A DNA stretch of 64,000 bases, from positions 128,001 to 192,000 of the forward strand of contig CAWGBN010000005.1 of NCBI GenBank assembly GCA_963820825.1, in the 5' to 3' direction. Positions 20,798-32,626 of the stretch are shown here, piece after piece. How positions within the stretch are numbered: position 1 is the stretch's first letter; each line of letters opens with the position of its first letter. Origin of the DNA: Vulcanimicrobiota bacterium (GTDB lineage: Bacteria > Vulcanimicrobiota > Vulcanimicrobiia > Vulcanimicrobiales > Vulcanimicrobiaceae). The translations under genes were made by a program, and so were the position numbers. The notes below the pieces were generated by a model. It had not been told where the DNA came from. It saw only the letters and a list, made by a program, of their open reading frames with translations, and ran no database searches.

Positions 20798-21435
20798 TCG
20801 GCGCCGATCATGTCCTTCGTGTGCCAGGCGATGTTGCCGGCTCGGTCGCCCACGCGTTCCAGCGAGGCGAGGACGAAGAGATACCGCGTTCCCGGCCGCA
20901 CGATCTCCGGATCGCTACGCATCTCCTCTTGAAGCAATTTGATGCTGCGCTTGTAGAGCTTGTCGACCTCGTCGTCGCGATCGATCACTTCGCTGGCCAG
21001 ACGAACGTCGCGCTCGGTGTAGGCGCGCATGGCGTCGAGCAGCATCGCGTGTGCGACGGCAGCGATCCGGTCGATTTCCACCCGCTGCGGGCGCATCGGT
21101 TGATCCGAGAGCTTGATCGCGTTCTTCGAGATATCGACGGCGTAGTCGCCCACGCGTTCGAGATCGGTTGCGATCTCGAGCATCGCCGCGATCTCCCGCA
21201 GCTCGCCGGCGACCGGCTGCTGACGCCAAATGAGCTCGATGCAGTGCGCGTCGATCCGGCGGCGTAGATCGTCGATGACGTCGTCGCCCGCGAGCACGCG
21301 CGCACCGGCCGCCGCATCGCGACTGTTGAGCGCATCCACGGCAACGCGAATCGCATCGCCGACGAGCGCTCCAAGGCGCACGACGTCGAGCCGCGTCGCT
21401 TCCAATGCCTCGTGATACGCCGTCCGAACTGCCAC
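20794..21435 (-). CDS. phoU: phosphate signalling protein PhoU
   Basis: QQPVAGELR, DLERVGDYAVDI, DDEVD, LERVGDRAGNI. Confidence 0.93.
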   Translation of the reverse strand: MAVRTAYHEALEATRLDVVRLGALVGDAIRVAVDALNSRDAAAGARVLAGDDVIDDLRRRIDAHCIELIWRQQPVAGELREIAAMLEIATDLERVGDYAVDISKNAIKLSDQPMRPQRVEIDRIAAVAHAMLLDAMRAYTERDVRLASEVIDRDDEVDKLYKRSIKLLQEEMRSDPEIVRPGTRYLFVLASLERVGDRAGNIAWHTKDMIGAE

Positions 21436-21541
21436 CGCCACCTCCAGCAAGAAATTTCGTCACCAGTATAGGTCAAAGGGCACTTCCCTGCAACGCAACG
21501 CAGGAACCTGCGGCCTTTATCAAATCATAAGGTTCCCTATT

Positions 21542-22327
21542 ATGCCATTTGAAGATATTCTGGTCGCGATCGAAGCGCCGATCGCCGTCGTCACCTTTAA
21601 CCGGCCCAACGTGCTCAACGCCTTGCGAACTCGGCTTCTCAAGGAGGTCTCCGCCGCCCTTGCCGAGATCGAAGCCGACGAACGCGTTCGCTGCGTGATC
21701 GTCACCGGCGCCGGAGAGAAAGCCTTCGCCGCGGGCGCCGACATCGGCGAGCTCAACGCGCTTGCCTCGGCACATCACGGAGCGATGCAATCGCGGAGCG
21801 GACAGGCCCTCACCCGGCAGATCGAGCGAATGAGCAAGCCGGTAATCATGGCGGTCAACGGTTTTGCGCTCGGCGGCGGTTGCGAAATCGCGATGGCCGG
21901 CGACATCATCGTCGCCAGCGAAACGGCGAAGTTCGGCCAGCCCGAGGTGAATCTCGGATTGATCCCCGGTTACGGCGGCACCGTGCGTACGACGCGCCGC
22001 GTCGGTATCGGCATGGCGAGTTATCTCTGCCTGACCGGCGAGATCATCGACGCGCGCGAGGCGCTGCGGATCGGCCTCGTCGAGCGCGTCGTTCCGCCCT
22101 CTGAGTTGATGAACGAAGCGATGCGCATCGCGACGGTCATCGCGTCGAAGGCGCCGCTTGCGATCAGTGCGTGCAAGCGGGTCATCAACAACGGCGCGCA
22201 TCTCTCGATCGATAGCGCGCTCGAGCTCGAAGCGCTGGAGTTCGGCACGCTCGTCGACACCGACGACATCAAAGAAGGCACGAGCGCCTTTCTCGAAAAG
22301 CGCAAGCCCGTTTGGAAAGGCCGCTAG
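21542..22327 (+). CDS. enoyl-CoA hydratase (crotonase)
   Basis: KAFAAGADI, NGFALGGGCE, FGQPEVNLG..PGYGGT. Confidence 0.93.
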   Translation: MPFEDILVAIEAPIAVVTFNRPNVLNALRTRLLKEVSAALAEIEADERVRCVIVTGAGEKAFAAGADIGELNALASAHHGAMQSRSGQALTRQIERMSKPVIMAVNGFALGGGCEIAMAGDIIVASETAKFGQPEVNLGLIPGYGGTVRTTRRVGIGMASYLCLTGEIIDAREALRIGLVERVVPPSELMNEAMRIATVIASKAPLAISACKRVINNGAHLSIDSALELEALEFGTLVDTDDIKEGTSAFLEKRKPVWKGR

Positions 22328-22390
22328 ACCGACGCTACAATTTCGATCGCGGAACGATTCCGAAGCTTCGCATTTTTGGAAACTCCGAAC

Positions 22391-22918
22391 TATAGACTGC
22401 GCGTACGCGTTGCTCATCGCCAGGCCGATTGCGGGATTAAGGCCCTGCCACTTCGCGCGGACCTTTCCGCTGGGATCGATGACTACGAGCGTTGGAAAGC
22501 CTTGGACGCCGAAGAGCGCGGGCGCGCTGCTCTGGGGATCGAGCGCCACGTTTGCCAGCGAGTAGCGCCGCGCAAATGCCGCCACGACGCCTCGCGGTTC
22601 GCCGACGTCGACCGGCACGACGACCGCTCCACGATGACCGCGCCACCACGATTCCACGAGCGGAAGCTCGATCTTACACGGCTCGCACCAGCTCGCGTAA
22701 AAATCCAGGAAGACGACGTGGCCGCGCTGGTCCGCGAGGCGAAAGGCTCCGCCGTCGAGAAGCGGATAGACCGCATGCGGCGCCGGATGGACCGGCGCGG
22801 CAAACGAGCGCGGCGCAATGAAGATCTTCCAGAGCGCAAAGCCGATCGCCAGCGCGGCGAGGAGATCCCAGAGGCGGCCAAAGTTGAGCGGACGCTTCTG
22901 CGATTCGCTACTCTGCAC
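22391..22918 (-). CDS. TlpA-family thioredoxin-like disulfide reductase (3' end affected by an indel)
   Basis: N-terminal TM, LDFYASWCEPC, GFPTLVVID. Confidence 0.8.
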
Positions 22919-24112
22919 GGAAGAGCGCCGCAATCCCCTGACCGCCGCCGATGCACGCCGAGGCGATTCCATATCCGCCGCCGCGCGCACGTAACTCGTG
23001 CAGCGTGGTGATCGCGAGGCGCGCGCCAGAGGCGCCAAGCGGATGCCCGAGCGCGATCGCACCGCCGTGCGGGTTGAGTGGAGCGCCATTTGCATTCATC
23101 TCACGCAGACAGGCCAAGACTTGCGGCGCGAAGGCTTCGTTGATCTCCATTACCGCGAGGTCGTCCATGGCGACGCCGCCGCGCTCCAACGCTTGCGGAA
23201 TCGAAAAGGCCGGACCGATACCCATGATCGACGGATCGACGCCGACGACGCTGCCCGAGACCAGCCTGCCGATCCACGAGATACCGTCGGCTTTCGCGCG
23301 CTTGACCGTCGTCAAAACGACCGCGGCCGCGCCGTCGGTGATGCCGCTCGCGTTTCCCGGCGTCACGACTCCATCCTTAGCAAAGCGCGCCGGTAACTTG
23401 CCGAGCTTCTCCATCGTCAAGCCGTGACGCGGGCCCTCGTCTTTTTCGACGCGGGTCACGCTGCCTTTCGGTCCGGGAACTTCGACCGGAACGATCTCTT
23501 CGCCGAAATACCCGCTCTCTTGCGCGTCGAGCGCGCGCTCTTGACTGGCTAACGCAAACTCATCGCACGCTTCACGCGAGACGCCGTATTGTTTCGCGAG
23601 GTTCTCGGCCGTAATCGCCATCGACGTGTTGCCGTACGAATCGGTCAACGCAGTCCAGAGCGAATCTTCGAACGCAACGTTTTGACCGAGATGAAAGCCG
23701 TTGCGCGCGCCGCGCACGACGTGCGGCGATTGGCTCATATTCTCAGTTCCACCGGCGAGTGCGTATGTCGCGCTGCCGAGCGCGAGCGACTGTGCCGCCG
23801 AGAGGATCGCCTGCAGGCCCGAGCCGCAGAGCCGGTTGAGCGTGAGCGCGGGGACGCCGATCGGCAAGCCGGCGCGCAAACCGACGTGGCGCGCCAGAGT
23901 AGATTGCGTCGGCGCTGAGTCTGGATGACGTTGCCGAAGACGACTTCGTCGATGCGCTCGTTCGGCACGCCGCTGCGCGCGATGGCGGCTTCGGCTGCGG
24001 CAACGGCCAGATCGGTCGCGGTGAGATCGGCCAGCGCCCCGCCGAGGTTTCCGAAGGGCGTGCGGGCGCCGGCGACGATGACGATCTCGCTATCTTCGAG
24101 GGAAATGTTCAT
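22908..24112 (-). CDS. acetyl-CoA acyltransferase (thiolase), indel(s) near 23900
   Basis: ARTPFG, NRLCGSG, NASGITDGA, GGAIALGHPLGASG, CIGGGQG. Confidence 0.9.
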
Positions 24113-24184
24113 ACAGCACCGGGTATTCCCCGCGCGACCCCGGTCCGGCAGGCACGGCCGCGCGCTTCCCTAAGACGCCCGCCT

Positions 24185-25138
24185 ATGCCGATCAATCGTC
24201 CCGCCGCGGTCGCGCTCGACGCCCGCTCGCTTCGCCCGCAACCAAGACCGATCAGATCCTCGAAGCGTTCGACAAGCTGCAAATCGGAACGGCGCTGGAA
24301 ATCAACGAGGAGACCGATCCGCGCGCGCTGCGCAACGAAATGACGCAGATACGCCCCGGACACTTCTCGTGGGATGCCCGCAATCTCGGCAGCAATCGTT
24401 GGACGATTCGGCTCGAGCGCATCGACGAGAATGCCGACGGCGAGACGCTTCTCTGCGCACGTGCACGGCGTTCACGGCGGCCAAGGGCAGAACCATCAAG
24501 GAGCTCGCCGCGCAGATGAGCGAGCGCAGCTACAAGTGCGGGCGACACGATCTTCGACGAAGGCGAGATGTGGCCGTATCTCGGCATCGTCAAGACCGGA
24601 AAAGTCATCTACACGCTGCTCTCGCCCGACGGTAAGACGCATACGATCGGCGAGCGGCTCACCCACGATACGCTCAACGAGAGCGGAACGTTCGACGGCG
24701 GTGGCGCGACCACGCGCGCGGAGGCGCTGACCGACGCAACGATCGTGACGCTTGCCGAGCGAAGCGGTGATTCACGCCGCGCGCAACGACGCCGAACTCG
24801 CGCTCGGATTCTTGATCGCGTCGTCGCAGGCTCGCCGGCGCTCGATCGACACCATCGCCGATCTTGCATTCGCGCACGTGCTGCAGCGCGTCGCGAAGTT
24901 CTTACTCGGCTACGCGCGCACGTCGGTCGGCATGACGCGCGGTCTTCCCGGCGTCGAGAATCTTTCGCAGGCGCAGATCGCCGCCGCCGCCGGCACCGTC
25001 CGCGACATGGCGGCGCGCGCGCTTACTGCGGTTAAAAAACGCCGGCGCCGTCGAGCTCGATCGCGGGCGCGTGCACGCGATCGATCGCGCACGGCTCGAG
25101 GCCTTCGCGCACAACGTCCAGGCGCCGCCCGTCTGTAG
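24185..25138 (+). CDS. Crp/Fnr-family regulator with N-terminal DUF2249-like domain (several indels)
   Basis: ILEAFDKLQIGTALEINEETDPRALR...FSW; IFDEG...FDGG cNMP-like domain; LSQAQIAAAAGTVRD HTH. Confidence 0.7.
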
Positions 25139-25146
25139 CTCGCCCC

Positions 25147-25217
25147 TGTCATCCTGAGCGGCAGGCGCATGAGCGCTTCGGCTCGCTACGCTCGCCTCAG
25201 GAGCCTTCGCTCAGCAT
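25147..25217. repeat. small intergenic palindromic repeat (TGTCATCCTGAGCG family)
   Basis: tgtcatcctgagcg...cttcgctcagcat between convergent genes; related copy at 59252. Confidence 0.6.
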
Positions 25218-25241
25218 CGCACCACAGTTGCAGTCTGGCGG

Positions 25242-25657
25242 TTAGATTCGATAGACGTCGGCGGTGGCATTCGGATCGATCAGCGCGGGATGCACGCGCG
25301 GACCGCAGCACATGATCGCATCGCGTCCGATTTCGATCCTCATTCGCGAGACTTCACCGCCCTGCACGTCGTCGACGGCGCAGCCCACGACCTTGCCCGG
25401 GAGCTGCGCCATGACGATGTAGCGGCCCGGTTCGAGCGTGATGTCGCGGAAGAAACCGCGATCGTTCGTTTCGAGCGTCAGAATCGGTCGTCCCGTTCTC
25501 GATGATACGGCGCGCGATAGTACGTAGAGCGCGCATGCGTCGATCGGCTGCCCCGTCTTCGAGTCGACTACGTAGCCGGAAATTCCGCCGCCGATCTGTC
25601 GGCAAGCGCCGGAATAGCAAGCCTCGCGAGCGCGAGCATGATTGCTAGATTTTTCAT
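25242..25657 (-). CDS. secreted carboxypeptidase-regulatory-like domain protein (indels)
   Basis: GISGYVVDSKTGQPI...TNDRGFF...LEPGRY. Confidence 0.65.
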
Positions 25658-25675
25658 CGTCACCGGTATACCCAA

Positions 25676-26247
25676 TTAGGCGCCGGCTTCGACCGATTCG
25701 AGCGCGGCCGTCTCCTCGCCGGCCGTCTGCGAGTCGAAGGCCGCTCGCTTGCTTTTCGCGGCGGCGTCGGCAAGCGGTCGATCGCGGATGGCTTGGCGCG
25801 GGAGCTACGGGTCGAGCCAGCGATTCGCGACCTTTTCGGACCGCCCCGAGTGCGCCGGCGAGCCGGCCTTCCATCTCCGCGCAGGACCTGAGCGGCGTAC
25901 CGGTCGGCGCCTTCGCGGATCTTGCGCGCGCGCTCTTCGGCTTCGCGCAGCACGACGTCGGCGGTCGTGCGCGCGCGCTGGACGATCTCGTTCTGGTCGA
26001 CCAGCTCTTCGTGTTTGCTGGCCGCTTCGTCCACGATCGCCTGCGCCTTTTCCTGAGCCGCCCGCAGCACGCGGTCGTGATCCTCGCGATGATCTTCGCG
26101 CGCCCGACCTCCACCGGCAAGCGAGGCGCGAATCTTCTCGAGCAGCTCGATCAGGCGCTCTTCCGACAGGACCCGGTAACCCGCAGGCAGCCACGTTCCT
26201 TCGTGCACGTAGGCTTCGAGTTTATCCAGCACGCGATAGACCGACAT
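25676..26247 (-). CDS. conserved coiled-coil protein typically found after coaD (indels)
   Basis: MSVYRVLDKLE...LIELLEKIRASL, AQEKAQAIV, GADRYA; synteny with rsmD-coaD. Confidence 0.65.
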
Positions 26248-26249
26248 TG

Positions 26250-26790
26250 CTACCTCCGTTGCAGAGTGGGATTCGTGTAATCCGGCGCGTTTGCGTGCCA
26301 TCAGCGGAGAACCGGTTCGGGAACGAGCGACGCGACGTCGCCGCCGAGAAAGAAGACCTCTTTGACGAGGCTCGAGCTGACGAACGAGTACTTCTGATCG
26401 GACATGAGGAAGAACGTATCGACCTCGGAGAGCGAGCGGTTCATCAGCGCCGCCGACATTTCGCTTTCGAAATCGGAAACGACTCGCAGGCCTTTGACGA
26501 TGACGTCGGCTTGCGCCGCCTTGACGTAATCGGCGAGCAGACCGCGAAAATGTTCGACGCGAGCGTTCGGAATGGCGGCGATGCATTCCTTGAGCATCGC
26601 GACGCGCTCGTCGAGCGAGAACATCGGCGTGCGCTTCTGCGGATTGACGACGATCGCGACGACGAGTTCGCCGAAGCACCTGCGCCGCTCGCTCGACGAC
26701 GTCGAGATGTCCGCAGGTCGGCGGATCGAAGGAACCGGGATAGATCGCGCGCGTGTTGCGCGACGGCTTACCGTTGGTCAAGCCGGTGAT
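26250..26790 (-). CDS. coaD: phosphopantetheine adenylyltransferase (indels)
   Basis: AIYPGSFDPPTCGHLDV, VKGLRVVSDFESE, FVSSSLVKE. Confidence 0.9.
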
Positions 26791-27338
26791 TGCGGCGCCA
26801 AGAAGGCGAGCGCGACATCGCCGTAGACTTCTTCGCGCACCGAGCGATACCCCGGTATCTCCGGGAGGATCGTTCGTGCCGCATGCTCGTAGACGACGAG
26901 CGCGTCCGGCGCGAGCAGCCCGCGCTCGCGCAGCAGCGCGAAGAGCTGGATCGGAAGCGGGATCGGCGTACGGCGGATCGAGATAGACGATGTCGAACGG
27001 GCCCTCGCAGTCGATAGAGCGCGCGCTCTGCCGGCGCTGGAAAAACGGTGACGACGTCGTCGACGCCGAGATTCTGCGCGCGGCCTCCTCGATCGCCGCC
27101 GCCGTCTCGCGGTGCGATTCGACCGAGACGACTCGCGCGGCTCCGCGCGACGCCGCCTCGAAGCCGATCGCTCCGGTGCCGGCAAAGAGATCGAGGACGC
27201 GCGCGCCTTCGAGTCGGTCAGCGAGAATCGAGAAGAGCGACTCTTTGACGCGGCCCGGGCGTCGGCCGCACGTTCGTACCCTTGGGCGACGCAGCTTCCG
27301 GCTCCCCAGCGATCCGCCGGTGATGCTGCGGCGCACAT
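26778..27338 (-). CDS. rsmD: 16S rRNA m2G966 methyltransferase (indels)
   Basis: RVKESLFSIL, VLDLFAGTGAIGFEAASRGA, FDIVYLDPPY. Confidence 0.88.
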   Translation of the reverse strand: MCAAASPADRWGAGSCVAQGYERAADARAASKSRSSRFSLTDSKARASSISLPAPERSASRRRRAEPRESSRSNRTARRRRRSRRPRAESRRRRRRHRFSSAGRARALSTARARSTSSISIRRTPIPLPIQLFALLRERGLLAPDALVVYEHAARTILPEIPGYRSVREEVYGDVALAFLAPQSPA

Positions 27339-27343
27339 CGTGG

Positions 27344-29113
27344 CTAGAACTGCCTGCGGCGCGATCGGACTCGCACCGGCCCGCGAGCCAGGCGTCGTCG
27401 CCCAGCCACTCGTAGCGAATCGGTCGAAAGCGGCACGGTTCCGTAGGAGAGCAGCCGGTCGTGGAACGGCGCGCAGCGAGAACGCCGGCCTTGCGCGGTC
27501 GCGCAGCGAGACCGATCAGCGTTTCGATCTGCGTCTTGCCGACGAGATAGTCGATCGCTTGTCCCGGGTTCATCGCGAATCGGGTCGCCTCGCCACGCGC
27601 GGTGTCGTAGTCGATTCCGGCATTCTTTTGGAAATACGCAATCGCCTCGGGCAGCGATCATCGCTCCGGTCGCCAGCGCGACGTCGACCCCGATGCGCGT
27701 CGCGCGATGGCGCATGAGGTGGATGACTTGCCGCCGGGCGCCCGGATCGCGCTCGTAGAGGCCCTGCCGCATGAGCATCTCTTCGCCGTAGAAGGCCCAG
27801 CCCTCGGCAAAGACGCCGTCGTCGTGCACGTGCCGGATGAAGTCGGGATTGTGATACGCGTAGCTGAACTGCAGGAAGTGCCCGGGAATCCCCTCGTGCC
27901 CGAGGATCGGCAAGACCGACTGGCGCGCCTGCGCGACGAAGAAGCTCGTGTTGCTCGAGCTAAAGTCGGGAACGAAGTAGAAGCCCTTGCGGATCGGTCG
28001 AGAGCATCGCCGGCGGATTCATGAAGCCGCCCGGGTACGTCGCGGCGAGCGCCTTGGGAACTTCGACGATGTGAAACGGGCCCGACGTACGACGGAATGT
28101 CGACGATCGGCGCGACTCCGATGAACGCCTTCAGGCTTGCGCGAGCGACGCTTCGTAGTACGTTCAGGAACGCGGTCTTCGTCGCAAACGCCGGCTGCGC
28201 GGCGACGGCCGGTGCGTGCGCGTCGCGATTGGCTTCCCACGCTTCGAGCGCGCGATCGCGGGCGAGTTCGAGCCGTCCGATGGACGCGACCTCGGTCGCT
28301 ATCGAACGGCAGCAGCAACGACGCGCCGCAGATACCAATCGTATTGCTCCTTCCCGACCGCAAAGCCGCCGGCGTGGAACTCGACATGTGCGCTTCGAGC
28401 CACGCGCGATAGCGCGTGCAGCGACGTCCAGCGCCGCCCGCATCCGCCGCGCGAAGCTCGGCTGCGGCGTTGCGGGCGACGCGTCGCGCGCGACCCCGTC
28501 GAGCGTCGTCGTGTAGAGCGAGTCGCCGTCGCGAACGTCTTCCGACGCGATCTGCGCGAACTCGCGCACGGTATCGGTGAGGTTCGCTTCGCCCTCGCGT
28601 CAAGACGCGCGGACAGGCGCGCAGGCGGCCGATCGCGTCGCGCACGCGAACGTCGTCGGAGGCGTATTGCCGCTTGACGATCGAGAAGATTCCGTTGCGC
28701 GCACTCGCCTTCGTAGACGCTGGGGTTGCGCTGCAGGCCGCGCAGCACCGTCCGGTTCCACCAGTCGCCTTCGAGGTCGGCGCGAACCAGGAGATAGTCG
28801 ACGCGCTCGTGCGGCGTCGCACCCGGCGACGGCTGCAACGCGGCCAGCTCGTCGCGGAAGCGCGCGCAAGCGCGTCATCGACGCCGCCTGCGTCGGCGGA
28901 GAATAATTCGGCCAGCTGGCGTCGTACGCGTGCACTCCGGAATCGGTCGCATAGGTCGGATTTTGTTCGAAGCGACCAATACGTATAGCGACGGTCCAGG
29001 TCGATCGAGCTTCGCTTGATAGTCGCCGGCGGCGGCGGCCGAAGCCGGTGCACGCGCCGCCAAGCGATCGCGACGACAGCAGCGCGGCGAGAACGGCGAG
29101 TCCGCGGCGTCAC
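27344..29113 (-). CDS. DUF885 family protein (many indels)
   Basis: HEGIPGHFLQ, FAEGWAFYGEE, PGQAIDYLVG. Confidence 0.8.
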
Positions 29114-29850
29114 CGCCGCGGCCGGGATGCAAGATGCTCCAGCATCTCCGTAAGCGAATGGATCGTATACTCCGGCGGCGGGCAGCTGCGGGGGATACGC
29201 CTTGCGCTCCGCAGTCCAGCCAGACGCTCGTGCAGTGCCGGTCGCGCGCGCCGTTCGACGTCGCCGCGCGGATCGTCGCCGACGTACCACGTGCTGCTCC
29301 GGCGTCGGTCCCCAGCGCGTCCAGCAGCGCGTCGAAGGCTCGCGGCGGCCGGCTTCTGCACGCCCAGGTCGGCGCTCACCAGAACCGGCCCGTCGAAACC
29401 CCGCGCGCTGCGCCTTTCGCACCTGAAGCGGATTCCAGCCGTTGCTCAAGATCGCCAACCGCACGTTCCGCGTTCGCGCAACGCTTCGAACGTGCGCTTC
29501 GCGCCCGGCAGCGGAATCACGAACTCATCGACCATCTCGACGGCCAGCGTTCGGAAACGTCTCGACGTAGCCGTCGCGTCGGCGCGACCGCCCGCTCGCG
29601 CGACGAACGCGCGCACCGCGTCGTCGATCGAGAACTCCCGCTGCGCTGCGCGTGCGAGCAAGCTCGTCGATCCGGTCGATCTCGTCGCTGAGAGTTCCCG
29701 ACCGTGCGCCCGCCGTCGGCCAAGGATCGTCTTCGAGCACGCGCAGCAACGCGACTCGCTCGAGCTTGTTGTCGATCGCGATCGTATGGTCGAGATCGAA
29801 GCCGACCCGCGACGGTGCTCCGTCGCCGCGCGTTCGACGTCAGCGCGCGG
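29110..29850 (-). CDS. HAD-family hydrolase (many indels)
   Basis: GFDLDHT motif I, LSNGW, KP, WYVGDDPRGDV. Confidence 0.7.
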
Positions 29851-29870
29851 CCCTGGGATGCCCGGACGGA

Positions 29871-32579
29871 TTACGACGGCGCGGCCGGTCACGATCCGGA
29901 CGAAGGCACTCGGTCGAACGTACTTGGCGAGCGCGGCGCGAATGCTCTCCGCCGATGCGGCCAGCTCGGCGCGCGCATCGATCACGTTCTGATCGAGCGG
30001 CAGATCGCGACCGGCGTAGCGGAGCAGTTGCTCGGCGACGCCGTCGTAGCTCGACTTGCCGGATCGGCACTTCGCCCATCAGCAGTGCCTTCGACCGCAA
30101 CAGGCGGTCGGCTTCGATCGGCGTCTGCTGCAACTGCGCGCAGCACCGCCAACACTTGGCCCTCGGCCGGAACGATGTTCTTGCGGATCGCAGCCGTAAC
30201 GCGATTTCGAACGAGCTGCGAACCTTGCCCGGCTCGAACGCGGCTGCTCGACGGCGTAGGCGTACCCGTGCACTTCGCGCAGATCGTGGTAGAGCAGCGA
30301 CGAGTAGAATCCGCCGGTGAGCACGGCGTTGGCGACTCGCAGCAGCGCCCACGCGGATCGGTGCGCGACGATCGGCACGGTTTCGACGAGCTGCACCGAC
30401 GACTGAACGCGTCCGGTCGCCGGCACCGTGACGTCTGATTCGGCACATTCGGCGGTACCGGCGGCGGTTCGACGTTCGGGCTTCGGCCCGGCCGCGTCCA
30501 GTCACCGAAGTATTTTTCGACGATCGGCCTTCGCCGCTTCCGGCGTCGTGTCGCCGATGACGACGATCGTCGTGAGGTCGGGACGATACGCGCTCGCGTA
30601 CCACGCCTTCATCGGTCGAGCGTCAGAGCGCGCCGACGCTCTTGCGGCGTTGCAAACCGCTGCTCCGGATCGCCCGGCGGATAGAGCGCTTTGCGAGCGC
30701 GACGTCGGCAAGGTGGTCGGGCGACGTCACTTCGCCGGTCGAGCTCGCCGACGGCCTGCTTTTGCACGATCGCAAACGCCTTCGGATCGAAGGCGGGATG
30801 CAGTTCCTCGTCGGCGAGCAGCTGCAAGGCCGCGATCGAAACTGCGCCGAGAGCACGTCCAGACCGAACTCCGTGCCGGCCGTCGTCGTAGCGGCGATCT
30901 CGTCGAGTGTCGCGCTGGAACGCCGACCCGGTCGTACGTCGTCGTTCCGTACGGGAAGAGCCGGTAGGCGACGTCGTCGACGCCCTCTTCGCCCGGCCGG
31001 TTCTTGCACGTCGGGGTTGTTGAGGATTTCGCCGCGAGACCACGACGGTATGGCGTGATCGTGCTCCGGCTGCACGATCAATCGAATGCCGTTGGAGAGC
31101 GTGCATGTCGATGGGCGACGAGCGTTTGCTCGCGGAACGCGCAGGTTGTCGAGCACGTGCTGCGCCCACGCGCGGCAGCGGCTCGTGCGTTGCTCGGCGG
31201 AATCGCGTTGTTCTCCTTGGCCATCGCCGCCGCCGGCGCCGACCGCGCCGCTGTTCTTCGGCACGGCGTAGGCGGCGACCGTCGTTGAGTCGTCGAGACT
31301 ACGCGCGCAGCACGCGGTTGACGTCGGCGACGCGTGACCGCGCTCGAAGTGAGCGATCATGTCGTCCGGGCGAACGCAAGTTCTTGCACCGCGACCGCCT
31401 GGCTCCACTCTGCGGCCATGCCTTCGATCGAGTTGGCGTTGAACTCGAGTTGCGAGATCTCGCGCAGCTTCGCCGCCGCGACCAAATCGGGCGGAACGCC
31501 GTCTTCGGCGGTATCCGGCGATGATCGCTCGCACACTCGGTCGTCGACCGTCTCGGGCTGCGTCGTCACCGGTACGGCGGCCGAACGCGATGCCGATGCC
31601 GGTTTTCGGATACGTCTGTACGAAGAACTGCGTCGCGAGCGCTTGCCCGTGTACGGCATGGCGCCGAAGGCGCTGCGCTGGCTCGAGAGCACGTCGCCGA
31701 GGATTTGCGCGGCCGCGTAATCGGGACTGTCGTACCCCGGCAGACGGTAGCCGAGCAGCACGGCGGTGATACGCCTGATCCGAGACGTTCGTGATAGATG
31801 CGCGGGCCGCAAGCGGCTGCAAGGGTGACGGGCGCGCGAGCCGGAAGCGTCGCCGCCGGAACGTCGCCGAAGAGCCGCTTGACCTTCGGCAACGGTTGCC
31901 GGTCCGTCGACGTCGCCGACGATCACGTAGACCGCGTTGTTGGGATGGTACCAGGCGCGTAGAACTTCAGTCAGCTGGGCGCCGTTGACGCCGTGCTGCG
32001 AAACTCGGCGACGGTGCCCAGGCCGTTCTTCGCGTACGGCGTTCCGCCGATGATGCGCTGCTGCATCTTGACGAACAGCCGGTAGAACGCGTTGCTGTTG
32101 TCTTGCGTGACCTCTTGCGTGATCGCACCGCGCTCTTGATTCCACTGATCCTGGCGCCATCAGCACGCCGGTCGCGCGCGATCGCTCGGCCCGCAGCGCG
32201 ATGTCGAGATACTGGCGACGGCACCGTGAAGAAGTACTGCGTGACCGTCGACTGGCGTATCGGCGTCGAAGTTGCCGCCGGTGATTTCCATCGTGTCCAT
32301 GAGCTGCGACGACGACAGCGTCGAACTTCCGCGGAACATCATGTGCTCGGTCGCGTGCGCCAGGCCGTCGAATCCATTGTTCGTCGGATCCGACCTGATA
32401 GTTCATCATCGCCGTGACCACCGGGGCGAGCGGATCGTGGACGACGATCACCCGCAGCCCGTTCGAAAGCGTCGCGCGCGTGACGTCGGTGCGCAGCGTC
32501 CCGGAGGCGCGCGCCGGCACCGCAAACCAAACCGCCGCGATCGCCGCGAAGACGGCGACAAGGATCCAGCCATGCGCAT
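29871..32579 (-). CDS. secreted M16 (pitrilysin-like) zinc peptidase (many indels)
   Basis: Signal peptide, TLSNGLRV, AHATEHMMFRGS (HxxEH), WYHPNNA, YRPDLTTIVVIGD. Confidence 0.85.
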
Positions 32580-32626
32580 CGGCGACGCTATTCTCGACGC
32601 TTCGCGCCAACCGCCGCCTGCAGGAC

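Noticed and set aside
21473..23095. 540-aa ORF containing TlpA and extending antisense through the crotonase
   Set aside because: The extension is the antisense shadow of the crotonase; the real stop is probably near 22391 and missed through an indel.
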